This document shows, one piece after another, positions 51,723-61,958 of a stretch of DNA of 64,000 bases. Positions within the stretch are counted from its first letter, which is position 1. Every line of letters starts with the position of its first letter. Source of the DNA: Promethearchaeota archaeon (lineage in GTDB: Archaea; Asgardarchaeota; Lokiarchaeia; Sigyniarchaeales; SOKP01); NCBI GenBank assembly GCA_011364925.1, contig RDOA01000005.1, positions 56,898-120,897 of the forward strand, written 5' to 3'. Under the pieces are notes generated by a model. It worked only from the letters and a program-made list of their open reading frames with translations, ran no database searches and was not told the origin of the DNA. The translations under genes were made by a program, and so were the position numbers.

Positions 51723-52597
51723 ATTTCTAACTCAGGAGAGATGAATATAGTACCTTGGATTACTTTAGAAATAAAATAGTTAAATTCTTTAGCGTAGTTT
51801 TGCGAATTTTTAAGATTTTGTAACACTGATTTCTTCTCGTCAACAATCTCTTTAGAAATACCTGATTTTGATGGTTTCAATTTTATCAGAGAAGGGAAAA
51901 GGAATAAAGTTAAAATTTCAAGAGAATAATAATAAAACTTTTCTATATAAGGTTTTAATGTTTTCAAAACTTTTTCTATGTTTGCGTTGGATTTTGTAGC
52001 TTTTACAATCAAAAACGTTTTTTCGTTCCCTTCAAAATCCAATTTGACATGATAATAAAGAGGAGTTTCTTGATCATTTATTATTTTATGATACACTTCT
52101 ATCATCTCAGAATTCGACACTTGCTTATCACCAATTCTAAGTAGGCAGGATTTAAACACTTCTGCTCCAGTGATAACAAAGATTTCTTGCATATTTTCAA
52201 CTTCCACTTTTTCGAGAAATTCAATTATATTTAGATAATTCTGCAATTTATCCGAAAATATGTTTTCCATTGTCTCATCATCTGGTTTATTTATTGCTTG
52301 ATATAAATTGCGCTGCAAAAATAAATCCAAATTATCAAATTCCTCCCCTTCTTCAAAGAGAATTCCAAGTATGCCTTCTTTATGAGTTCGTCTGTCTAAA
52401 TTGCCAGTGAAGCATGAAATACTTCTATAACGACCTAATTTGATTTCCATATGCGAAGATGATTTAAAACCCGCATGGGACATATAGAGTTTAGATATAA
52501 ACTCCTGAGGTAAAGACATCGGACTCGTATAATACGAACATTTAATTTGCGGTCCTCTTATCTCGTCATGAATTATTAAAAATACTCCTTTCGGCAT
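51719..52597 (-). CDS. uDENN/longin-like protein
   Basis: GVFLIIHDEIRGPQI N-terminus resembles the NPRL2/uDENN longin start. Confidence 0.55.
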   Translation of the reverse strand: MPKGVFLIIHDEIRGPQIKCSYYTSPMSLPQEFISKLYMSHAGFKSSSHMEIKLGRYRSISCFTGNLDRRTHKEGILGILFEEGEEFDNLDLFLQRNLYQAINKPDDETMENIFSDKLQNYLNIIEFLEKVEVENMQEIFVITGAEVFKSCLLRIGDKQVSNSEMIEVYHKIINDQETPLYYHVKLDFEGNEKTFLIVKATKSNANIEKVLKTLKPYIEKFYYYSLEILTLFLFPSLIKLKPSKSGISKEIVDEKKSVLQNLKNSQNYAKEFNYFISKVIQGTIFISPELEI

Positions 52598-52612
52598 TTG
52601 TTTTTTAACCTC

Positions 52613-53809
52613 TTATTGAACCCATAAATTTCTGATTTGATTAGCTACTTGTTTACCTATCTCTTCAATTTCAACTATTTTTTCTTTATTGTAATCGGAT
52701 GAGGCGAGTATGATGATAAGCAATAATTCGTTAGTCACATTATCAATAAGAAGGAAATTACTATCTGTTTTTAATTTAAATTCCTTAAAATTTTGTAGTT
52801 TCATTTCTTGAGTGACTTTATCAATTGTAACAATTAACAACGATAACATACCGACGGCAATATCCTCCTCTTTTAGATCTAATGTAGAGCCACATGCAAG
52901 TCCAGTTGATTTTTCAAGTAATACTGCATCCTTAATTCCATTGTGGCTCTTCATTGAATTTAAAATTGTATTTATGAATGTAGTCTTAGGTGAAATTTCT
53001 CGAATAATTTCGCTCCAAGCAGAAAATAGAGATTGTCCAAATATCGAAGTTGTATGATACCTTATTTTATGACTTATTTTATAGGATATGAATTTCTTCA
53101 AATAATCAACAACTTCATCCTTATCCTGAATAAGATCGATTTTATGAAAAAAAACATTAATTAATGCCCCCGGATTAAAGGAAAGCATTTGATTTACGCT
53201 CCATTCTAATTCTTTGCGTGCATCTTCATATCGACTTGAATCCGTAATATCAATTACATAAAGTAATATCGAAGCTTTTTGGAATATGTTATTTTTTAAT
53301 ACTCCGTGATACTCGTCAAGGTATTGCTGTTGTCCACCTAAATCCCAAATCATAGGTTTCGAAATCGTACCAACTTCATATTCCTTATACGCAATCCCTT
53401 TTGTTGCTGCAGAGTGTAACAGCTCCCAAGGCTTTTTTCCCTCAAAAACTCGTTCATAGATACAAGTTTTTCCCGCATTGGAAAGTCCAATGAGAACAAT
53501 CTTTTTCATCTCTTCTGTCGGCTTTTTCTCAAATTCATCAATCAAGTCCGAGACTGTACTTTCAATAAAAGTCTCATCACCAGAAGAAATACTAGATAAT
53601 TCTTCTCTTACAATCCATTCGATTCGATTACGTGGGAGACTTAAGTTTTTACCCTCAAAAAAGAACTGAATTTCATTTATAAGTGCTTCTTTAATGACAT
53701 TTGCTCTTTCATATACTAATTGATCCCTATACCAGATATTTATTAAATATCCTTTATCCGTAGAACCTGTAATTCCTAGTTGGAATAATGTTCCTGGTAT
53801 TTTTTTCAT
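52613..53809 (-). CDS. Rag/Gtr1-family small GTPase with C-terminal roadblock domain
   Basis: GLSNAGKT, ATKG, WDLGGQ, HKID, TSI; AVLLEKSTGL roadblock. Confidence 0.88.
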   Translation of the reverse strand: MKKIPGTLFQLGITGSTDKGYLINIWYRDQLVYERANVIKEALINEIQFFFEGKNLSLPRNRIEWIVREELSSISSGDETFIESTVSDLIDEFEKKPTEEMKKIVLIGLSNAGKTCIYERVFEGKKPWELLHSAATKGIAYKEYEVGTISKPMIWDLGGQQQYLDEYHGVLKNNIFQKASILLYVIDITDSSRYEDARKELEWSVNQMLSFNPGALINVFFHKIDLIQDKDEVVDYLKKFISYKISHKIRYHTTSIFGQSLFSAWSEIIREISPKTTFINTILNSMKSHNGIKDAVLLEKSTGLACGSTLDLKEEDIAVGMLSLLIVTIDKVTQEMKLQNFKEFKLKTDSNFLLIDNVTNELLLIIILASSDYNKEKIVEIEEIGKQVANQIRNLWVQ

Positions 53810-53827
53810 TAGCTTTATCCTATTATT

Positions 53828-56800
53828 TTATTTTTGAGCTGCTTTACTTAAACACTCTTCAATCTTTTCTCGAAATTTCTTTACATTATTCTTTTCATTT
53901 TCTTTTCCAATTTTTACTAAAAATTGGGAGATTTTTTCACATTTTTCGTAAAATTCTACCGATTGTTCAAAATTTTTCTCTTCAATAAACGAATTTGCCT
54001 GTTGATATAATTTAAACCTTTGATACTCTAACTCTCTTAATTTAGCTTGTTCCATCTGATAGAAATCAATTAATTCTGCTAAGTACATTTCAGCCGAATC
54101 ATGATCTTTTAATTTTTCAGATAATTCTATTATATCGTAATATGTTTCGAAAATTTGAAGTGAATCATTCTCTAATTTTACCCCTCCTAACATTTCAAGT
54201 TTTTTATCACGTTCGTCACTTAATTCTCTAATACTCATTTTTAACTCCGAAAAGATTGATGCTTCTTCATTTTTATCTAACTTTAATAAAATATTCTCTG
54301 CAAATTCAAACTGTTTTTGAGCCTCCAAATAGGCACCTTCAGATTGTAATTTTTCACCGTAAGATTTAATTTTATTAATTCTAACCGTTAATTCTTCATC
54401 ACTAATAGACTGTTTCTGTGAATCAGTTATATTACTTTTCTTCTGTTTTTTAATTTTGTGAATTTCAGTTTTTTCCTTGATTTGAGATGATTTTGAGATA
54501 TTCTCGATATGCGTTAGAACTATCTTAAGTGAAACCTTTTTTCTGGGAGGAAGGATACCTTTCTGAGCTCTCCTTTTTACTACAACAATGGCAGTGACCG
54601 AACCGATTACACTTACGAATACGACTCCAATAATGACATAAATTATAAAAGCATTATTTGAAATCATCGTAAAAGTTCCTGTCGTATAACTACTTTGATG
54701 ACCTACACCATCAATTTGAATTAAAAAATAATAATAATTTCCAGCGGGGAGTGATTCGTGTAATTCGTAGAAGCTGCTTTCTGGGCCAACATTTGTGATG
54801 TTAGACATGAAAACAAAACCTGGTGTTAGGTATGGATTCGACTCGTTATCTATCATTAAAATATAATAGGAGATTCCAGAGGGATCTGAACCATCTGCCC
54901 AATCAAATGTAAGTACACCACTAACTTCTCCACTTGGAGCATTTGTGAATATGGGTTGTGAAGGAGGAGTAGTGTCTTGAACAGTTATGTTGTTATTCAT
55001 AACATTAAAATTCCCATTATTATCTTCCATATGAATTCTATATTGATAATTAATCCAGTTAGTTGGAGTCCAAGAATTATACCGATATACATTACTAGTA
55101 CCTAATGGTTCCATTGTATGATTTGAACCCTCAAATTCTATTAAAACTTGATTTATACCAGCAAAGTCAACAATCTCTATGTAAATGTCGATGGTTTCAC
55201 CCAATTCTAAGGGATCAGAATCTTCAAATAAGTTTGAATAAGTAGGTTTGGTCGTATCTTGGAATAATATCCAATTGCTAGTAATATTCCAATTGTTATT
55301 ATTATCTCGCATGTATATTATATATGAATAATTACCGGCTATTGTAGGAGACCAGGAGTCATAATGCCATCTATCTCCACCTATAGGTGTCATTGAATGA
55401 TTAAGTCCCTGATATTCAATTTTAACACTATTCATGTCAGCTATATCATATACGATAATTTCAAAGGTTAAGATGTCTCCAATTTCTACTGGATTAGCAC
55501 TTACTGTTAAATTTGAGTAAGCTGGAGATATTGTATCTTGAACAGTAATATTTCCAATTGTATATCCCCAATTATAACTCTTATCTTGAATATGTATTGT
55601 ATAATAATGAAGTCCTATTGTAGTAGGAGTCCAAAAATCATAACTACAAGTATCTCCTACTACAATCATAGAATGATTAGCTCCTTCAAATTCGATTTTA
55701 GCTTGTTTAATTCCTCCTAAATCTGTGACGTTAACAGATATCCATTCTGTATCTCCAAGCTCTAAAATATTTTGGCTTTCTATAGGCACATCTAAAGTTG
55801 GTGCTGTAGTGTCTATAATATCAAAACTACCTATTAGTTGATTCCAATAGTTTTCCGTATCATTTGCGTGAATTTTATATATAACAAGTCCAACACTAAT
55901 ACCTCCAGTCCAATTAAACTCATATTTATTTCCCAAAGTATTAATCATCGTATAGTTGATGTTCTCAAATTCAATTAAAACCCTAGATACAAATGATTCA
56001 AAATCTATCACATCAACTGTTATTGTAATATTATTTCCAAGTTCTAAGGGATCAAAGCTTTTTGTCACATTTTCTATTGTTGGAGCTGTTCCGACTATTG
56101 CTGTAAAATTCTGAATGCTAGTAAGGTTCCAGTTATTTTGCAAATCTTGCATATAAATTTTATAAAAATGGGTACCTGGTGCTGCTGGTCTCCAATTACT
56201 CCAGCTCCACGTGTTTCCACCAATATAATTCATGCTATGGTTTGTAGAATCGTATTCCAAGAATGTTTGATTAACGCCCACACCTTCAATATCAAATACT
56301 TTAATTGAGATTGTTTCATTTTGCCCTAGTTGCAAAGGATCAGCACTTTCAATTAAATCAGAATATGTTGGGGCAGTAGTATCAACAACATTAATGGAAC
56401 CGCTTGTGTAATTAATATTGCTATACACATCTACCATCCAAATAGTATAATTATGAACTCCAAGAGTGCTAGGTTTCCATGAATTATATTGCCATGTTTC
56501 TCCACCTATATTGGTCATTGAATGGTTGGATCCTCCAAATTGAAGTAAAACTTGGTCTAAACCAGAATTATCCGATACATTAATACTTATTATTTCAATG
56601 TCACCTAATTCTAAAGTATCAGCACTTTCGACTAAGTTTGAGAATGTAGGTGGTATTTGTTCTGGTTCTGGTCTGATAGCTATTGTTGTCGCAACCCATA
56701 TCTCAGAAGCCCCTATGGTAAATTGTGCACTTCCGGTGCTCCCGGCAGTGCTCTGAGTATGATAAGCGGAGGCACCCATTACAGTATCAAACCCACAATG

Positions 56801-57469
56801 ATCTTGAAATAATCCAGTTGTGCCACTAGGCCAATATGGATAAGCAGTATTATAATCATCAGCCCCGATCATACGTAGTATTAAAGAATTATCAACCGTA
56901 GTAGTGACAGAGGGAGCTGTGGGAGAAGAACTCCCAGGAGAATTGAGTAACGAAGTAGCAGACGCCTGAATAGGATTATTTGAATCAAAACTGGTAATAC
57001 GATAAATTACACCAATCCAATACCTTGACAATGAGCAACTCCATCTATAACTTGCTGGTTCGGAACTGCCAATTTTCCAATAAGTAGCTAATCGAACATC
57101 GGGGCCTGATTGAGTGGCAAAATCGTTTTCGATTTCTGTCCAACCACTAGGAACATAAGTAAATGACGCATCATCATCCATTATTATTTGGGCAATATAT
57201 AAATGTCCGTTTGGACGGTATGAGGGCATATTAACGTAAAAATTATATGAAGGGGTTGAAGGAGGGGATTTAGTAATAGTTGTGCTTTGAATTGTGGAAG
57301 AAGATTTAAGCAACTCGGGTTCTACACCCATCTGATTAGACTTTCCATCATTATCTTCTATATTAGAGAAATTTTGCGAAAATTGAGATAATGCATACAA
57401 ATTGGAAAAAATAATAACTAAGAATATAAGAATTTGCACTTTTCTATTCTTTCGCATTATTTTAAACAT
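53828..57469 (-). CDS. Large single-pass surface protein: Ig-like repeats, TM, cytoplasmic TPR-like tail
   Basis: Signal peptide, ~6 D(T)TxPTxSNLxESxDPLELG repeats of ~95 aa, TM IIYVIIGVVFVSVIG, helical tail. Confidence 0.8.
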   Translation of the reverse strand: MFKIMRKNRKVQILIFLVIIFSNLYALSQFSQNFSNIEDNDGKSNQMGVEPELLKSSSTIQSTTITKSPPSTPSYNFYVNMPSYRPNGHLYIAQIIMDDDASFTYVPSGWTEIENDFATQSGPDVRLATYWKIGSSEPASYRWSCSLSRYWIGVIYRITSFDSNNPIQASATSLLNSPGSSSPTAPSVTTTVDNSLILRMIGADDYNTAYPYWPSGTTGLFQDHCGFDTVMGASAYHTQSTAGSTGSAQFTIGASEIWVATTIAIRPEPEQIPPTFSNLVESADTLELGDIEIISINVSDNSGLDQVLLQFGGSNHSMTNIGGETWQYNSWKPSTLGVHNYTIWMVDVYSNINYTSGSINVVDTTAPTYSDLIESADPLQLGQNETISIKVFDIEGVGVNQTFLEYDSTNHSMNYIGGNTWSWSNWRPAAPGTHFYKIYMQDLQNNWNLTSIQNFTAIVGTAPTIENVTKSFDPLELGNNITITVDVIDFESFVSRVLIEFENINYTMINTLGNKYEFNWTGGISVGLVIYKIHANDTENYWNQLIGSFDIIDTTAPTLDVPIESQNILELGDTEWISVNVTDLGGIKQAKIEFEGANHSMIVVGDTCSYDFWTPTTIGLHYYTIHIQDKSYNWGYTIGNITVQDTISPAYSNLTVSANPVEIGDILTFEIIVYDIADMNSVKIEYQGLNHSMTPIGGDRWHYDSWSPTIAGNYSYIIYMRDNNNNWNITSNWILFQDTTKPTYSNLFEDSDPLELGETIDIYIEIVDFAGINQVLIEFEGSNHTMEPLGTSNVYRYNSWTPTNWINYQYRIHMEDNNGNFNVMNNNITVQDTTPPSQPIFTNAPSGEVSGVLTFDWADGSDPSGISYYILMIDNESNPYLTPGFVFMSNITNVGPESSFYELHESLPAGNYYYFLIQIDGVGHQSSYTTGTFTMISNNAFIIYVIIGVVFVSVIGSVTAIVVVKRRAQKGILPPRKKVSLKIVLTHIENISKSSQIKEKTEIHKIKKQKKSNITDSQKQSISDEELTVRINKIKSYGEKLQSEGAYLEAQKQFEFAENILLKLDKNEEASIFSELKMSIRELSDERDKKLEMLGGVKLENDSLQIFETYYDIIELSEKLKDHDSAEMYLAELIDFYQMEQAKLRELEYQRFKLYQQANSFIEEKNFEQSVEFYEKCEKISQFLVKIGKENEKNNVKKFREKIEECLSKAAQK

Positions 57470-57837
57470 AATATCATCTCGATTTCTTTATTGATTAATT
57501 CTAAAAGCCCTTTTCATTCTCACAAGCATTCTCTAACATTTCAAAAAAATTATTGTAATACCCCAAAAAATACCCATATATCATCTCAGTCTAAAAAATA
57601 ATGACACAATTTTTATATAAATTTATTTATTTCGAGAACTAACCCAATATGAAATTCAGAATTCTAAAGCAAGATTATTTTAATAGAGACTAAACTTTCC
57701 TTCGCGAATAATAAGATTAGGAATGTCTACTCAATTTCATAATTCTCTAATTTTTTAACATTCATTACACTCAGAATAAAGATTTTTAAAAGAAGAGTAT
57801 TAGTTAATCGCCTAAGAGGGAAATTATATAATTTAAA

Positions 57838-58887
57838 CTATGGTAGAACAATAACTTTAATACATTTCCGCTCCTTCATGACTTTTAACCCAGTTGTAAT
57901 TAATTCACTAAGTGGAATCTTGATAGTTATTAATTTATCAACATCAATTACCTTGTTTGCAATTAGCTCGATAGCATCCAAAAAATCTTCAGGATAACCT
58001 ATGTAAGATCCCATGATTTTCCTTTGATATCTTACAATGTCATTCGGTTTTATTTTGGCTTCAGCGTTATAATCTTGTCCAAAGCAAACTAACTGCGCAC
58101 CAGGAGCCCAGATATTTATAGCCATTTCGAAAGTTGCAGAAATTCCTACAGCATCGATAATAACATCTGCCATTTCATTATTTGTTAACCTTATAATCTC
58201 ACTTTTAACATCCTGAGTATTAGGATTAATTAAAAAATCAGCGCCAAGTTCTAAAGACTTCTGTCCTCGCCAATCGTCTATCTCAATACAGATTAATCTT
58301 TTTATAGGGTGTAGTTTAATCACCGATTGGATTATTAATCCCATTGGACCAGCTCCTATTACAACCACATTGTCAGATTCTTTAACATCGGCAATATTGT
58401 GACAATGAATTGCGCAAGAGAGAGGTTCTATTAAGGCTGCAGCAGCTAAATCAATCTCATCTGGAAGCTTATACAAAGAACTTCGAGGCACCACACAGTA
58501 TTTGGTAAAACCACCGTCTTGAAAAATACCGAAAGTTGTACCTTGTGCCATATATTCGCAGAGACTCGACAATCCTCTCCTACAATTAATACAGTATCCA
58601 CATTTTTCATTCGGATCAGCTACGACTCTATCTCCAATTTTTATATCTTGAACTCCATTTCCTGTTTTTCTGACTATCCCTACGAATTCGTGACCCAAAA
58701 TTGTATTGTCGTTGGCAGGATGTCCTCCCTCCATTATTTTTAAATCAGTACCACAAATACCACAAGCCGTTATTTCCACTAAAACTTGATCCTGCTTTGT
58801 TATGCTTGGAATGTTAACTTGCTCTAATTTAATTTCTCCGCCATTGTTTTCACTCTTATGATATACTGCTGCTAACATTTTTTCCAT
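57838..58887 (-). CDS. Zn-dependent MDR alcohol dehydrogenase (threonine/sorbitol DH-like)
   Basis: CGICGTD, GHEFVG, CGYCINC..C, GAGPMG. Confidence 0.9.
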   Translation of the reverse strand: MEKMLAAVYHKSENNGGEIKLEQVNIPSITKQDQVLVEITACGICGTDLKIMEGGHPANDNTILGHEFVGIVRKTGNGVQDIKIGDRVVADPNEKCGYCINCRRGLSSLCEYMAQGTTFGIFQDGGFTKYCVVPRSSLYKLPDEIDLAAAALIEPLSCAIHCHNIADVKESDNVVVIGAGPMGLIIQSVIKLHPIKRLICIEIDDWRGQKSLELGADFLINPNTQDVKSEIIRLTNNEMADVIIDAVGISATFEMAINIWAPGAQLVCFGQDYNAEAKIKPNDIVRYQRKIMGSYIGYPEDFLDAIELIANKVIDVDKLITIKIPLSELITTGLKVMKERKCIKVIVLP

Positions 58888-59037
58888 CAGAAAGTCCTCA
58901 ATTATTTTATAGAATGTTTTTAGGTCTAGTTATAATCTAAAACCATCACATTACTAATAATTTTTCTCATATCTTGGGTTAAAACAATAGAAGAAAAATA
59001 GAAAAAGAAATTTGATGAACTTATTTTGATACACTTT

Positions 59038-59514
59038 CTAAACGAACCAGTTTCCTGCTTTTAGATCCTCGAAAAAATACTCTCGATCTCCTTTATCTTT
59101 TATTTTTTCGCCAGCTTCTTTCGCTAATTTAAGATGGGTTTCATAGTCTTCTTTATTTCCTGCTAGGGCAGAAGCTCTTGCTACAGCTTCGTGAGCAAAA
59201 GCTAAATCGAAATCACCAATTTTATTCTCTTGAGTTATTTTTAAGCAGAGATTGGCGTGATAAAGGGCAGGTTCTTCTCGTTTTAATACCGTATATACAC
59301 GAGCAACTTGCCATTCTCCTCTTTGAAGATTTAATGCTGTTCCTTGCTTGTTGGCAACCAAAACACCCCAATGATACCTTGAAGCATGCACAGTGTGAAT
59401 CATCTCGTTGTCTTCTTCAGGTGTTCTGTCTGATTTGTCGAGTAATTCCCATGTCTTATTAAAACAACCTTTTGCCAATTTTTCGTGCATTTTTAAATCT
59501 ATCTTTTCAGCCAT
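59038..59514 (-). CDS. Conserved helical hypothetical protein (start likely MAEKID)
   Basis: FNKTWELLD..HASRYHW..GEWQVARVY. Confidence 0.6.
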   Translation of the reverse strand: MAEKIDLKMHEKLAKGCFNKTWELLDKSDRTPEEDNEMIHTVHASRYHWGVLVANKQGTALNLQRGEWQVARVYTVLKREEPALYHANLCLKITQENKIGDFDLAFAHEAVARASALAGNKEDYETHLKLAKEAGEKIKDKGDREYFFEDLKAGNWFV

Positions 59515-59670
59515 GATAATCACAAAAACACTAAATTCTGGAGAGATATCAATATATTCATTTTGTTCTATAAAATAATCCACAAATTAAGCTTAATAAA
59601 TTTAATAAAATCCTATGAAAATATTATAATTAGAAAATTAGAAAAAAAATAAGTAAAAAAAAAGTATGAA

Positions 59671-60165
59671 CTATATTTTCGCTCCACAATAGGCGCAATA
59701 AACTGCTTCTCCTTCGCGCTTCACAGGAGTTCCGCAATTAGCACAGTATTTACCCTTTTCTTCAGAAGATTCTTGATTTGGAGTTGTAATCTCAACATCC
59801 TTTACTTGACCTGTTTTAGTAGAAGATTTACCTCTCAATTCTCCCCTCGCTTTCAAATCTAGTACAATTGCTCTAGCGTCTTTAAGCGTAATATCCGTAT
59901 TGTTAGCAATCATCTCAATCGATATATTGGGATTTTGCTCAAATTCTTGTTTCACAATATTCCGTAACTTACTTCTGTTCGTTAGCTTGTAGATTTGACT
60001 TGAAATTATTGATAATCCGATGATAATCCAGAAAAAACCAAAGAACCACCACCAATTCGTTATGTCATCAAGAATAATATTAAATCCCCACCAGAGAAAA
60101 ATAGCGGCAATAATCAGAGCACAAATACTAAAACCCTCATGATATTCGTTTCTTTCGTAATGCAT
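59671..60165 (-). CDS. Two-TM protein with winged helix and zinc ribbon
   Basis: TM pair, ISIEMIA..LKARGELRG, CANC..CAYC. Confidence 0.6.
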   Translation of the reverse strand: MHYERNEYHEGFSICALIIAAIFLWWGFNIILDDITNWWWFFGFFWIIIGLSIISSQIYKLTNRSKLRNIVKQEFEQNPNISIEMIANNTDITLKDARAIVLDLKARGELRGKSSTKTGQVKDVEITTPNQESSEEKGKYCANCGTPVKREGEAVYCAYCGAKI

Positions 60166-60267
60166 ATCAATTCAATCTTGTTTCAATATTAATTTTAATA
60201 ATTCAAATTGAGAAAAATATATATGAGTTAGAGAGTCCAATATTTTATTCTACTTCTTAAAAAAAAG

Positions 60268-60624
60268 CTACTGGGGAGCAACAGTGTTGTTTATAATATT
60301 AAACACTCCCTTCACATCTACTTGGTCTTCCGTTAAAAGAATAACGAGATGTTCTAGGATTTTAATTGATAAAATGTAATAATTGTCAGAGTGAATTATA
60401 TTAAAATCAGGGCTGTGTAAGCCTATACCTTCAGTAGTTTCCTCCGCCAGTTCGTAAAGCTGAGAGATATTCAAAGATATAGAAGCTTTGTTAAACTCAT
60501 CCTCGTTAATATAGGACTTTTTTATGACTCCATTTTCTGAGGAAATTAAAACAAAGTACACTGTGGGTCCTAAATCGCTGATTAAATTGTTCAAAACAGC
60601 TTCCATATCTATTGTAACCGTCAT
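60268..60624 (-). CDS. Roadblock-like protein
   Basis: FVLISSENGVI...HLVILLT pattern. Confidence 0.55.
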   Translation of the reverse strand: MTVTIDMEAVLNNLISDLGPTVYFVLISSENGVIKKSYINEDEFNKASISLNISQLYELAEETTEGIGLHSPDFNIIHSDNYYILSIKILEHLVILLTEDQVDVKGVFNIINNTVAPQ

Positions 60625-60724
60625 CTAAATAACTTATAAATTAGAATTATAAATATTTTTGGGTGAAACTTTATGTGAGTACTAACTTCTCACACAGTTT
60701 TTTTTATGGTTTATGAATGACTTA

Positions 60725-61525
60725 TTAAATTGAAAAGTATTTATCAACTACCTGTTCAAAAGAGTAAAAATGGTTAAGATCGCCATCAAACTTTTTTAAG
60801 CAGTCGCAATACATCTCAAAAAATTCTTCTTTGAGTAATTCCATATATCTTACAATAGTTTCAGAGTAAGTAGGATCTTCTAAAAGATACGCAAAAATTA
60901 TTCCTTCTCTAACTGTTATATGGAATTGATGGTTTTCAAAATTGATCGCTTGAAGGTTCTCCCCAGAACCTGTGCCGATAATTTCATTTGAAAACATGAG
61001 AATAGCTGAAAGAAAACCACCGATTTGAATGTAATTCTCTATTAATCTAGTTTTATCCTCTCTTATCTTAGTATATAACGTGTGCCCCGTGGTATTAATA
61101 ACAAATAGAGCTGAAATCCCTTTAACACTCGGAATAGCAGTATTACAGATTTTAATTATATTCGAAATTGAGACATTAGAACAGTAGGATTTTACTAAAA
61201 GTCTCGAAAGCGAACAAAGATCGTCGTAGTTTATTAACTCATCCTTCTCATTCACATAAAATATTGAGATTTTTTCGTTTCCACAAGTGTAGAAGTGAAC
61301 GTAAACCGTGAAAACTCCGAGGAGATCAATGATTTTTCCTTCACTTTTGCCCAAAATTTCAGGTTGATAGAGTTTTATTAAGTCGATCATTAAAGAATTG
61401 CTTATCCCTTTGTTGAACACAATATTATGTCGATCTTGAGTCATTGCAACTAAACCAATCCCTAAAACTTGGATAGTCTTCGTTAATTCCAATGATTCCT
61501 GATAAATATCCTCTAATACAATCAT
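60725..61525 (-). CDS. Longin-domain protein
   Basis: LFVINTTGHTLY, IGGFLSAILMFSNE, FEQVVDKYF. Confidence 0.7.
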   Translation of the reverse strand: MIVLEDIYQESLELTKTIQVLGIGLVAMTQDRHNIVFNKGISNSLMIDLIKLYQPEILGKSEGKIIDLLGVFTVYVHFYTCGNEKISIFYVNEKDELINYDDLCSLSRLLVKSYCSNVSISNIIKICNTAIPSVKGISALFVINTTGHTLYTKIREDKTRLIENYIQIGGFLSAILMFSNEIIGTGSGENLQAINFENHQFHITVREGIIFAYLLEDPTYSETIVRYMELLKEEFFEMYCDCLKKFDGDLNHFYSFEQVVDKYFSI

Positions 61526-61958
61526 TTTTTTGTGGTAAAAAATTAGTTAGAATAGAAGAGATAGATAAATTATGTTCACTATAACAAAATATTTGTGTGT
61601 GTCATGATATTTAAATCTATTCTTTTTTTGTGTAGAAAAAGGAATTCCACAATGATAATATGAAAAAAAGGAAATTTAATATTCAACATCAATACATATG
61701 GAAGCTCTAATACTTGCCTATTTTACACGAAAAACCTTCTACAAATTTTTCATAACAAAAATTAAAAACTAAAATGTTTTTACTCCCAAATCCAATTATT
61801 TTTTGTTAACAAATTCGTAAATAACAAATAACAATTATATAGAGTTAAGATTAGCAAACAAAATCATAGTTAACCAAGGATATTGGTTATTTTAGAAAAA
61901 AAGCCAACAACAATTCTGACTCCTTAGGCTTAAATATTATGCTTTTCTTGTCTTAATT

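Noticed and set aside
54950-56660. DNA-level repeats as a possible CRISPR or tandem array
   Set aside because: These are degenerate ~285-bp coding repeats of Ig-like domains; there are no identical repeats with spacers
3086-59462. Many 60-120 aa antisense or alternate-frame ORFs (e.g. 3086, 9582, 15098, 31007, 31474, 40780, 59178)
   Set aside because: Shadows of well-supported genes, with no motifs of their own
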